64,000 nucleotides of DNA from Ilumatobacteraceae bacterium (GTDB lineage: Bacteria; Actinomycetota; Acidimicrobiia; Acidimicrobiales; Ilumatobacteraceae): contig OZ257157.1 of NCBI GenBank assembly GCA_965279405.1, positions 3,568,865 to 3,632,864 on the forward strand. The letters are read 5' to 3'. Made by a program: the position numbers and the translations under genes. Numbering within the stretch: the first letter of the stretch is position 1; each line of letters opens with the position of its first letter. Below are positions 49,260-57,449 of this stretch, piece after piece. Under the pieces are notes generated by a model that did not search any database, was not told the DNA's origin, and saw only the letters and a list, made by a program, of their open reading frames with translations.

Positions 49260-49942
49260 CCGTCCTGTGCCCGAACGGACACGACTCCACTGACCCGGAG
49301 TGGTGCGACACCTGTGGCGCTCGCATCGGCGAACCGGCGCCTGCGCCGGCCACGCCTGCAGCACCGGCAGCCGTGACGCAGCCGCCGGCGAGCTCGGCGC
49401 CCTCGGTGCCCTGCCCGAACTGCAGCACCCCGAACGCAGCCGACAACCTGTTCTGCGAGGAGTGCGGCTACGACTTCACGACCGGCGAGGCGCCACCTGT
49501 GCCGGCGCCGGTCGAGCCGGTTGCCGAGCCGGCCCCGGTCGGCAGCGCGGCGTGGGTGGTCGTGGTCGAGATCGATCCGGCGTGGTACGCGCTGAAGGGC
49601 ACGCTGGCCGATCAGCCGTGCCCGAAGCCGTCCACCTTCACCGTCGCCGTCAGTGGCCGCACCGCGCTGATCGGGCGAACGAGCCAGTCGCGTGGCGTTC
49701 GTCCCGAGGTGGCGCTGGACAACGACACGGGCGTGTCCCGACGGCACGCGCAGCTGGTCCGCGACGACGACCAGCTCAGCGTGGTCGACCTGTCATCGAC
49801 CAACGGCACCTACGTCGTGGTCGCCGGCTCGACGCCGAGCGAGGACACCGATGCCATCACCCCGGGCGTCCCGGTGGTGCTGCGCGATGGCGATGCCGTC
49901 TACGTCGGCGCCTGGACCCGCCTCACCGCCCGCGCCGGCTGA
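49256..49942 (+). CDS. FHA domain protein with two N-terminal zinc ribbons
   Basis: ORF 48929..49942, with ATG 49256 overlapping the vWA stop as ATGA. CPNGHDSTDPEWCDTCG and CPNCSTPNAADNLFCEECG. FHA motifs: LIGRTSQ, GVSRRHAQL and DLSSTNGTYV. Confidence 0.85.
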   Translation: MTVLCPNGHDSTDPEWCDTCGARIGEPAPAPATPAAPAAVTQPPASSAPSVPCPNCSTPNAADNLFCEECGYDFTTGEAPPVPAPVEPVAEPAPVGSAAWVVVVEIDPAWYALKGTLADQPCPKPSTFTVAVSGRTALIGRTSQSRGVRPEVALDNDTGVSRRHAQLVRDDDQLSVVDLSSTNGTYVVVAGSTPSEDTDAITPGVPVVLRDGDAVYVGAWTRLTARAG

Positions 49943-49998
49943 ATCGGAGTTGTTGAAACGGCGTCATGAATCGGGGCCGTTGACGTCCTTGCCCCGGT

Positions 49999-51567
49999 AT
50001 GGGTCCGACGGGGGCACGAATTCAACGCTTGCCGTGGCGGCGCGTCCTCGTCGCGGTGATCGCCCCGATCGCCCTGTCGCTCGCCGTGCAGAGCGGTCAC
50101 CGCGCTGACGCCTCGGTTCCGCAGTCGCTGTTCTCCTCCGCCGTCAGCGCGCTGAACACCTCCAGCGGCTGCACCGGATCGGGAGTGGCCTCGGCGGGCA
50201 TCCGCACGGCCGTCGACGCGCTGGACGACCCGTGGCGAGCCGCGGCAACTGCCGCTGGGTTCACCACCATCTCGATGCTCGACACCGCCGGGGCACCGAC
50301 CGGCAACGCCAACCCCTTCGTGCTCGGCGTGCCGTCCACGGCGATCACCGTCGGCGTGTCGCTGCGCAACGTGCCGATGAGCGACGTCCCGGCCTACGGA
50401 GGCGGCGGCGCCGGGGTTGGTGCGTTGGCCGTGGCCAACAGCAACGGCCCGTCGATCCGAGTGAGCACCGATCGAACGCTGCAGGAGTGCGCGCCCTACC
50501 CGGCGTCGCTGTACGGCACGTCGATCGCCACCCAGACGCGGGCGTGGCAGGAGAACGCCGGTGACGGCAGCACGTTGAACGGCGTCCTGTTCCAGTTCTC
50601 CACGCCCGTGCGTGCGTTCGGCGCCTGGTTCGGCGACCTCGAGTCTCGGCCGGGCACCGGAGGCAACGGCGGGCAGGGCACGCCGGCCTGGTTCAAGGTG
50701 ATCGGAACCTCCGGCCAGGTGCTGTCACAAGGGCCGGTGCCGGTCGACGAGGGCGCGGCGCCGACGAACGCCCAGTGCGGCGGCTCCGACGCCGAGGCCG
50801 ATGGTCTCGGCTGCGGGAACCAGTCGACGCGCTGGCTCGGCTGGTTGGCCGATGCCGACGACCCGATCGCCGCCATCCTGGTGGTGGTCGGCGACGACGA
50901 CGCCTGCACGCAGGCGGCCGCGTCGCAGTGCGACGGCTCCACCGAGCACCTTGCCTGGGTCGGCGCGTCCGTCGGCCTCACCGCCACTGGCGACCCCAAC
51001 CCCACCACCACCACGTCGACCACGTCGACCACGTCGACCACGTCGACCACGACGACTGAGCCCTCGACCACGACGACGACCGAGCCGTCGACCACGACCA
51101 CGACCGAGCCGTCGACCACGACCACGACCGAGCCGTCGACCACGACCACGACGACCGAGCCGTCGACCACGACCACGACCGAGCCGTCGACCACGACGAC
51201 GACCGAGCCGTCGACGACGACCACGACTGAGCCGTCGACCACGACCACGACTGAGCCGTCGACGACGACCACGACTGAGCCGTCGACCACGACCGATCCG
51301 TCGACGACGTCATCGACGATCGCGGTCGAGCCGCCGACGGGCTCGACGACGACCTCGTCGTCCACCACCACCTCGACCTCGACCTCGACCTCGACGACGT
51401 CGTCGACGACGACGACGTGGTCGGGCGCGGGCGGAGGGATGCTTCCGACGACCGGCAACGATCCGGACGGGTTGCTCGAGTGGGCGCTGGTCGTGAGCGG
51501 CTTCGGGGCGATTGCTGTCGTGCTCGGCCGTCGATCGACTGCCCGGCCGCCGAAGCGGAGGGTGTGA
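49999..51567 (+). CDS. LPXTG cell-wall-anchored surface protein with a Thr/Pro/Ser-rich repeat stalk
   Basis: Signal peptide MGPTGARIQRLPWRRVLVAVIAPIALSLAVQSGHRADA. The C-terminus is LPTTG plus a hydrophobic helix (WALVVSGFGAIAVVLG) plus an RRSTARPPKRR tail. Confidence 0.8.
   Translation: MGPTGARIQRLPWRRVLVAVIAPIALSLAVQSGHRADASVPQSLFSSAVSALNTSSGCTGSGVASAGIRTAVDALDDPWRAAATAAGFTTISMLDTAGAPTGNANPFVLGVPSTAITVGVSLRNVPMSDVPAYGGGGAGVGALAVANSNGPSIRVSTDRTLQECAPYPASLYGTSIATQTRAWQENAGDGSTLNGVLFQFSTPVRAFGAWFGDLESRPGTGGNGGQGTPAWFKVIGTSGQVLSQGPVPVDEGAAPTNAQCGGSDAEADGLGCGNQSTRWLGWLADADDPIAAILVVVGDDDACTQAAASQCDGSTEHLAWVGASVGLTATGDPNPTTTTSTTSTTSTTSTTTTEPSTTTTTEPSTTTTTEPSTTTTTEPSTTTTTTEPSTTTTTEPSTTTTTEPSTTTTTEPSTTTTTEPSTTTTTEPSTTTDPSTTSSTIAVEPPTGSTTTSSSTTTSTSTSTSTTSSTTTTWSGAGGGMLPTTGNDPDGLLEWALVVSGFGAIAVVLGRRSTARPPKRRV
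51007..51300 (+). repeat. In-frame coding tandem repeats: 9-nt ACCACGTCG x4, then about 10 copies of a 24-nt unit (one 27-nt variant)
   Basis: The protein reads TTSTTSTTSTTS followed by (EPSTTTTT)n. The first GAG of the EPS units is at 51058 by residue count (E354). The units are GAGCCGTCGACCACGACCACGACC with synonymous variants. Confidence 0.9.
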
Positions 51568-51575
51568 CGCTCACC

Positions 51576-51724
51576 CGGGTGGGCTTCAAAGCCTCCGCTG
51601 GGTTGGGGTGGAGGGTTTCGGGCGCGTGCGGGTGGGCTTCAAAGCCTCCACTGGGTTGGGGCGGAGGGTTTCGGGCGCGTGCGGGTGGACTTCAGACCCT
51701 CCGCGGCGGTGGCGGGAGGGTGGT
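51576..51724. repeat. Intergenic 53-nt tandem repeat, 2 near-identical units plus a diverged third; each unit carries a hairpin
   Basis: U1 (51576-51628) and U2 (51629-51681) read CGGGTGGGCTTCAAAGCCTCC[G/A]CTGGGTTGGGG[T/C]GGAGGGTTTCGGGCGCGTG and are 51/53 identical. U3 starts at 51682, is diverged, and runs into the stop of the convergent M23 gene. The internal stems are GCCTCC...GGAGGG in U1/U2 and ACCCTCC...GGAGGGT in U3. Confidence 0.85.
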
Positions 51725-52944
51725 CAGCAGACGGAGCGGACCGTGGCGTACGGGTTGACCGCGGGGCCGCCGCCGGGGTGGATCTCGAAGTGCAGGTGGT
51801 TGGCGGTCGTGTTCCCGGTGTGGCCGACGTAGCCGATGACCTCCCCGGCCACCACCGTTCGCGAGCTGCCTTCGTACCGCGACAGGTGCCCGTAGAAGTA
51901 GCGGTTGCCGTCGTTGCCCACGAGTGACATCACCAGCCCACCCAGCGTCGCCGTGCGGAACGTGACGTTGCCGCCGACCACCGCGACGATCGGTGTCCCC
52001 TCCGGGCTCATCATGTCCACGCCTTCGTGGTGACGCCCGCCGGAACGTGCCGCACCCCACGTGTCGCCGAACGCGTTCGGGCCGGCGATCGGGCAGCGGA
52101 AGCCGGCGCCGGCGATGATCAGCGGACCCTTCGGGGCGGCGGGCGGCGGCTTCGGTGTGGCGGGTGGCGTGGACTGAACGCCACTTCCGCCGACCGATGA
52201 CGTCGTCGAGCGCGTGTCGCCACCGCCCTTGGCGGGCGGCGCGGTGGTCGTCGCCGCCGCTTCCGCCGCTGCCTGCGCGTCGGCGTGCGCTTGCGCCTCG
52301 GCGGCCAATCGAGCCTGACGCTCGGCCACCTTTGCTTCGTAGGCCTGCTTGATCTCGGCGTCCTCGAGCTGCTGGCGGAGGACTTCGAGGTCGGCCAGTT
52401 GCTGCTCGAGGCTGGACTGATCTCGTTCCAGCTGGGCGACCTGCTGATCCGATTGGCGCTGGAGGTCGGCGACTCGATCGGACTCGGCTTCGAGATCGGT
52501 CCTCGACGCCTGGAGTCGGTCGAGCTCGTCGTCGGCCGAGCCGTTGATGAACTTCGTCATCTGGGCCCGCTGGACCTCGTCCGACGGATCGTCGATGAAC
52601 ACCGTCAGCTCGCCGGACGACTCGCCGGTGTAGCGATCGATCGCCGCTTCGGTCAGCGACGCCTCCAGTGCATCGACCGTGGCCGACGTCGCGGCGAGCG
52701 TCGTGGTCGCAGCGGCGAGCTCGATCGCCAGATCTTCACCACGTTGCGACGCCTCGGCCCACTGCTGGGCGAGCTCGTCGGCCTGCTCCTGCTTGCGGAG
52801 GATCTCGGCCGCAACCTCCTCCGACGAACGTTGACCACGCGCCTCCGCGGGCCCGGCGGCGACGACGAACGCGCCGAACAGGAACGCCGTGACGGCGACC
52901 AGGGCAGGGGCGCGCCGGAGCCGCAGAGAATGTTGCGATTGCAT
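51724..52944 (-). CDS. M23 (LytM) family peptidoglycan endopeptidase with an N-terminal coiled coil
   Basis: It has a signal peptide and a long Glu/Ala/Gln-rich helical region. The catalytic motifs are HHEGVDM and GHTGNTTANHLHFEI. Confidence 0.88.
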   Translation of the reverse strand: MQSQHSLRLRRAPALVAVTAFLFGAFVVAAGPAEARGQRSSEEVAAEILRKQEQADELAQQWAEASQRGEDLAIELAAATTTLAATSATVDALEASLTEAAIDRYTGESSGELTVFIDDPSDEVQRAQMTKFINGSADDELDRLQASRTDLEAESDRVADLQRQSDQQVAQLERDQSSLEQQLADLEVLRQQLEDAEIKQAYEAKVAERQARLAAEAQAHADAQAAAEAAATTTAPPAKGGGDTRSTTSSVGGSGVQSTPPATPKPPPAAPKGPLIIAGAGFRCPIAGPNAFGDTWGAARSGGRHHEGVDMMSPEGTPIVAVVGGNVTFRTATLGGLVMSLVGNDGNRYFYGHLSRYEGSSRTVVAGEVIGYVGHTGNTTANHLHFEIHPGGGPAVNPYATVRSVC

Positions 52945-53094
52945 GACGGCGCCAGGCTAGTCGTCATACAAGAGATTCGCCAGGAGCGACGCACTGTCGC
53001 TGAGCTGGGGTGATGCTGAGACCCGATCGCCCGCGCGGGGGACGTTCGGAAAGAAATCGTCAAGGTGTCCGGCGCTCGTGCCGATCCCTTGAAC

Positions 53095-54048
53095 ATGTCT
53101 CGTTTGTGCCGAACCGTCGTGACCGCTGCACTCAGCGTGATGACGGTGCCCGTCCTGCCAGCACTCCCGCTGGTCGGTTCCGCAGTCGCCGCGCCCAACG
53201 CGGCACCGAAGTACGTCGTCCTCAAGGGCGACTACCTCGTCGGCATCGCCAGCAAGCTGCAGGTCACCCTGCCGGCGCTGCTGAAGTCGAACAGCCTCAC
53301 CGTGAGCAGCGTCATCGTTCCGGGTCAGCAGTTGGTCGTCCCCGCCGGGGGAGTGCTCCCGCCGCCCGCTCCCGCAGGCTCGACGGCGACCCCGCCGGTG
53401 AAGGTGCCGGTGTCGACGGTCGCTGCCTCCTCGACGAAGTACACGGTGAAGAACGGCGACTTCCTCTACGGCATCGCCACCAAGCTGAAGGTCAAGATCG
53501 GTGATCTGCTGACCGTCAACGGGTTCAAGGTGACCACCGTGATCAACCCGGGTCAGCAGATCCTCGTGCCGGCGACAGCTGTGTTCCCCACGCAGGTCTC
53601 CAACACGGTGAGCGGCAACGGCTCCGGTGGAAGTGTCAGCTCGTCGCCGCCGGCCGGCTCCCAGGCCGCAGCGCGCATCGCCACGGTCGTTGCATATGCA
53701 CAAGCACAGCTCGGCAAGCCGTACGTGGCGTACAAGGCGGGACCGGACAGCTTCGACTGCTCGGGGCTCACCTTGATGGCCTACAAGACGGTGGGCATCA
53801 ACCTGCCCCACTGGAGCGTCGCCCAAGCGTTGAAGGGCGTGCCGGTCGACTGGGTCAACGGCGAGATCCAGGCCGGCGACCTCGTGTTCACGTCGCACAC
53901 CAACGACGTCAACGCGATCAACCACGTCGGCATCGCCGTCGACTCGCGACGCTGGATCCAGGCACCGCGCACCGGTGACGTCGTCCGCATCGGATTGCTG
54001 CCCTCGGACGACAAGATCGTCGCCGTGCGGCGGATCATCCTCCCCTGA
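53095..54048 (+). CDS. NlpC/P60 (C40) peptidoglycan hydrolase with two LysM domains
   Basis: ORF 53065..54048, with ATG 53095 giving the signal peptide MSRLCRTVVTAALSV. GTG 53065 is the alternative start. LysM domains: YVVLKGDYLVGIASKL and YTVKNGDFLYGIATKL. Catalytic motifs: FDCSGLTLMAY and HVGIAV. Confidence 0.88.
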   Translation: MSRLCRTVVTAALSVMTVPVLPALPLVGSAVAAPNAAPKYVVLKGDYLVGIASKLQVTLPALLKSNSLTVSSVIVPGQQLVVPAGGVLPPPAPAGSTATPPVKVPVSTVAASSTKYTVKNGDFLYGIATKLKVKIGDLLTVNGFKVTTVINPGQQILVPATAVFPTQVSNTVSGNGSGGSVSSSPPAGSQAAARIATVVAYAQAQLGKPYVAYKAGPDSFDCSGLTLMAYKTVGINLPHWSVAQALKGVPVDWVNGEIQAGDLVFTSHTNDVNAINHVGIAVDSRRWIQAPRTGDVVRIGLLPSDDKIVAVRRIILP

Positions 54049-54058
54049 CCGACAGATC

Positions 54059-54391
54059 TCAGGTGGCGACGGGCGTGCGCGCCTTGCGGTCGCTGGCGCG
54101 GGTGATCAGCTCGATGTGATGGGCGACGACGCGCAGCTCGTTGACGTCCTCGTCGCCCTCGCGGTAGGTGCGATCCTCCAGCCGTCCGCGGATCGAGACG
54201 AGATCGCCGACGTACAGGTGCATCCCGAAGTCCCCGGGTTGGCCGAAGGCGTCGAACTCGACGCGATCGAACCGCCCGGAACCGTCTTCGTGGACGCGGA
54301 TCTTGATCACCGTCCGTGCCCCGTTGCCTGGGCGAAACGGGCGGTCGACCACCTCACCGACGAGGGCGACGACGTTCACGTTGCGCACCAT
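54059..54391 (-). CDS. Short single-stranded-DNA-binding (OB-fold) family protein without an acidic tail
   Basis: MVRNVNVVALVGEVVDRPFRPGNGARTVIKIRV...DLVSIRGRLEDRTYREGDEDVNELRVVAHHIEL fits the SSB OB-fold pattern. It ends in RKARTPVAT rather than an acidic DDxPF-type tip. Confidence 0.55.
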   Translation of the reverse strand: MVRNVNVVALVGEVVDRPFRPGNGARTVIKIRVHEDGSGRFDRVEFDAFGQPGDFGMHLYVGDLVSIRGRLEDRTYREGDEDVNELRVVAHHIELITRASDRKARTPVAT

Positions 54392-54474
54392 ACCCCCACC
54401 CAGACGGGTGCTGGTCCGGATGGAGCCGTCGCTGCGTGAAGGGCGTGACCGGCCGGCGAATTACGGTCGCCTGC

Positions 54475-55257
54475 ATGGGCCAACACATCCGCTACGAGAC
54501 CGCCGGCAAGGTCGGCACGATCACCATCGATCGGCCGGAGAAGCGCAACGCGATGACCTACGCGATGCTCGGTGAGTTCATCGAGACCGTGGGTGTGGCC
54601 GACCGCGATCCGAGTACGGTGGTGCTGGTGATCACCGGAGTGCCGGGGGCGTTCTGCGCCGGCACCGACCTCGCTGATCTGGCGACCGTGCCGGGCGAGA
54701 CGCGCGGGCTGCGCGGCACCGCCGAGGAGCGTGATCGGTGGTGGCCGATCGCACAGTGCTCGAAGCCGACGATCTGCGCGATCGACGGCCCGGCCGTCGG
54801 CATGGGCGCCGAGTTCACGTCGCAGTGTGATCTGCGCATCGCGTCCACCAACGCCCGGTTCGGTTGGAACTTCGTGCACCGCGGGCTCGTCCCGGACACC
54901 GGCGCCGGCACGTGGCTGCTGCCGCGCATCCTCGGACCGCAGCAAGCGATGCGCCTGCTCTACACCGGCGAGATCATCGACGCCACCGAGGCGCTGCGGC
55001 TCGGCTACGTGCTCGACGTCGTCGCCCCCGAGGCGCTGTCCGATCGCGTCGCCGCTCTGGCCACGGCCGTGTCGGCGGGATCGCCGCACAGCTTCCGCTA
55101 CCTCAAGCGCCTGATCTACGACGGGTTCACGGCGCCGGTCAGTGAGCACATGGCGCGTCATACGACGGCGATGGCGGCGTGCTTCAAGAGCGACGATCAC
55201 CGTGAGGGCGTGGCCTCGTTCCTCGAGCGTCGCCCGGCGCAGTTCACGGGAACGTGA
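54475..55257 (+). CDS. Enoyl-CoA hydratase/isomerase (crotonase) family protein
   Basis: ORF 54316..55257, starting at M54 (54475). GTITIDRPEKRNAM, GAFCAGTDL, AIDGPAVGMGAE and EGVASFLERR. Confidence 0.88.
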   Translation: MGQHIRYETAGKVGTITIDRPEKRNAMTYAMLGEFIETVGVADRDPSTVVLVITGVPGAFCAGTDLADLATVPGETRGLRGTAEERDRWWPIAQCSKPTICAIDGPAVGMGAEFTSQCDLRIASTNARFGWNFVHRGLVPDTGAGTWLLPRILGPQQAMRLLYTGEIIDATEALRLGYVLDVVAPEALSDRVAALATAVSAGSPHSFRYLKRLIYDGFTAPVSEHMARHTTAMAACFKSDDHREGVASFLERRPAQFTGT

Positions 55258-56666
55258 CCGGCCTCGCCGCGTCCGCCGTCGCCGACGCGGCACGGTGGTT
55301 CGACAGCTGGCTGGCGTTCCGCCAGCGCTACGACCGCGTTCCCGGGGTGCAGGCGGCGATCCTGCACGGTGATCACCTCGTGCTCGACACGGCGCACGGC
55401 TGGGCCGATGTCGAGCGTGGTGTGCCGCTCGGCAACCGTCACCTGTTCCGCATCGCCTCGCACTCGAAGACGTTCACCGCAACGGTGACGATGCAGCTCG
55501 TCGAGCAGGGCAGGCTCCGGCTCGACGACACTGCGGCGCACTGGCTGCCGCACCTCGTCGGCGCACCGCTCGGCGACGTGACGGTTCGCGAGCTGCTGTC
55601 GCATGCGGCCGGCATCGTGCGCGACAGCTGGGACGGCGACTTCTGGCAGCTCGCGCGGGCGTTCCCCGACGAGGCCGGCCTGCAGCAGATGAGCCTCGAC
55701 GACGCCGCGGTGATCTCGCGCAACGTGCAATTCAAGTACTCCAACGTCGGCTACTCGATGGTCGGCGAGATCATCGAGGCGGTCACGGGGCAGCCGTACC
55801 GCTCGGTCGTGGTGGAGCACGTGGTCGACCGGCTCGGGCTGGCGGACACCGGGCCCGATCTCGATCCTGAACGGTTGGGCGAGTACGCCGTCGGCTACTC
55901 GGCCCGCAGCTACGCCGATCGTCGCATCCCGATCGAGCACGTCGACACCGGGGCGATGTCGTCGGCCACCGGCTTCTTCTCCACCGCGGCCGACGTCGTG
56001 CGCTACGCCTCGGCGCACTTCGCCGGCGACGGCCGGCTGCTGACGGATGAGTCGAAGCGGATGATGCAGCGAGCCGAGTGGAAGGTCGAGGGCGCCGATT
56101 CGTCCTACGGGCTCGGCTTCGCCATCGCCGACATCGGCAAGCGGCGCGTGCTCGGTCATGGCGGTGGCTATCCCGGGCACATCACCCGCACGTTCTTCGA
56201 TCCCGTCGATCAGCTCGCCGTGTCGGTGCTGACGAACTCGATCGATGGTCCGGCGCTCGGCTGGGCGACTGCCGCGATCCGCCTGATCGACCGAGCGGCG
56301 AGCAGCGTGCCGGACAGCAGCGAGATCCCGCTGTCGTCGTTCGAAGGTCGGTTCGCCAACCTCTGGGGAGCGTTCGACATCGTGGCCCTCGGCGGTCGGC
56401 TGTACCAGCTCGACCCGACGCTGCCCGATCCCGCACTCGACCCGACGCAGCTCGAGGTCGTCGACGAGCACACGCTGCGGATCACCAAGACCTCCGGCTA
56501 CGGATCGCCTGGAGAGCGGATCGCGTTCGACCGAGACGATGACGGTGTGGTGCGATCGGTGCGCGGCGGCAGCGCCACCTCGTACTCGTTCGAGCTCATC
56601 GCCGACGCGGTCGCACACCGTGACGAGATCACCCTCGGTGCGTCGTTGCGGCCGATCGAGCGTTGA
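55254..56666 (+). CDS. Serine hydrolase (beta-lactamase/transpeptidase-like family)
   Basis: The GTG start overlaps the upstream stop as GTGA. FRIASHSKTFTAT is the SxxK motif. YSNVGY and GHGGGYPG. Confidence 0.85.
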   Translation: MTGLAASAVADAARWFDSWLAFRQRYDRVPGVQAAILHGDHLVLDTAHGWADVERGVPLGNRHLFRIASHSKTFTATVTMQLVEQGRLRLDDTAAHWLPHLVGAPLGDVTVRELLSHAAGIVRDSWDGDFWQLARAFPDEAGLQQMSLDDAAVISRNVQFKYSNVGYSMVGEIIEAVTGQPYRSVVVEHVVDRLGLADTGPDLDPERLGEYAVGYSARSYADRRIPIEHVDTGAMSSATGFFSTAADVVRYASAHFAGDGRLLTDESKRMMQRAEWKVEGADSSYGLGFAIADIGKRRVLGHGGGYPGHITRTFFDPVDQLAVSVLTNSIDGPALGWATAAIRLIDRAASSVPDSSEIPLSSFEGRFANLWGAFDIVALGGRLYQLDPTLPDPALDPTQLEVVDEHTLRITKTSGYGSPGERIAFDRDDDGVVRSVRGGSATSYSFELIADAVAHRDEITLGASLRPIER

Positions 56667-56798
56667 CGGTCGCGCCGGTTCTCACGGCAACGAGCGCGCC
56701 GAGTGCACCGCCGGCGCTCGACAGCAGCAGATCCCCGATCGTGTCGCCGGAGGTCGATGACAGCCAGTGCGACGGCCTGTCGGCGACGGGTGGCAGGT

Positions 56799-57449
56799 TC
56801 AGGTTCGGTCTGCTTCGAGGTAGGTCAGCACAGCCAGGACACGACGGTGGTCGATCTCGGTGGCCGGCAGCTGGAGCTTGATGAAGATGGAGCTGATGTG
56901 CTTCTCCACCGCGCCCTCGCTGACCACCAGCTGCGCAGCGATGCCGTGGTTGGACAGCCCGCCGGCCATCAGTGACAGCACCTCGCGCTCGCGTGGCGTC
57001 AGGTTGGCGAGCGACGGTTGGCGGCTGCGGCTGAGGAGCTGGGCCACCACCTCCGGGTCGAGCGCCGTGCCGCCCGCAGCAACGCGGCGCAGCGCGGAGA
57101 TGAAGTCGCTGACGTCGGCGACGCGTTCCTTCAACAGGTAGCCGATCCCGACGGTGGACCCGCCGAGCAGCTCGGTGGCGTAGCGCTCCTCGACGTACTG
57201 CGACAGCACCAGCACCGGCGTGTTCGGACGCGCTCTGCGGACGGCGATGGCTGCGCGCAGACCTTCGTCGGTGTGCGTCGGGGGCATGCGCACGTCGACG
57301 ATGACCGCGTCCGGTCCGTGCTGCAGCACCGTCTCGACGAGCGTCTCGGCGTCGGCCAAGGCGGCGACCACCTCGATGTCGTACGCGGCCAACAGACGCA
57401 TCAGGCCCTCGCGGAGCAGCACGGCATCCTCGGCGATCACGACGCGCAC
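56799..57449 (-). CDS. NarL/LuxR-family response regulator
   Basis: Receiver domain: VVIAEDAVLLREG...VIVDVRMPP. C-terminal LuxR HTH: LTPREREVLSLMAGGLSNHGIAAQLVVSEGAVEKH. Confidence 0.9.
   Translation of the reverse strand: MRVVIAEDAVLLREGLMRLLAAYDIEVVAALADAETLVETVLQHGPDAVIVDVRMPPTHTDEGLRAAIAVRRARPNTPVLVLSQYVEERYATELLGGSTVGIGYLLKERVADVSDFISALRRVAAGGTALDPEVVAQLLSRSRQPSLANLTPREREVLSLMAGGLSNHGIAAQLVVSEGAVEKHISSIFIKLQLPATEIDHRRVLAVLTYLEADRT

Noticed and set aside
49943-49998. Promoter (TTGACG ... TATGGG) and weak hairpins after the FHA gene.
   Set aside because: The spacing between the -35-like and -10-like hexamers is only about 12 nt. The stems are 5-6 bp with 13-nt loops. This is not enough to call.
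51007-51724. CRISPR array suggested by the regularly repeated sequence.
   Set aside because: The 24-nt units are contiguous, in frame and encode EPSTTTTT inside a surface protein. The 53-nt units are directly abutting with no spacers. No cas genes are present in the window.
56667-56798. 132-nt gene-free gap after the serine hydrolase. The minus-strand reading (…GDTIGDLLLSSAGGALGALVAV…) vaguely resembles the C-terminus of a small membrane (VanZ-like) protein, which could indicate a gene remnant.
   Set aside because: It is too short, has no start or complete frame, and the resemblance rests on a few residues only.
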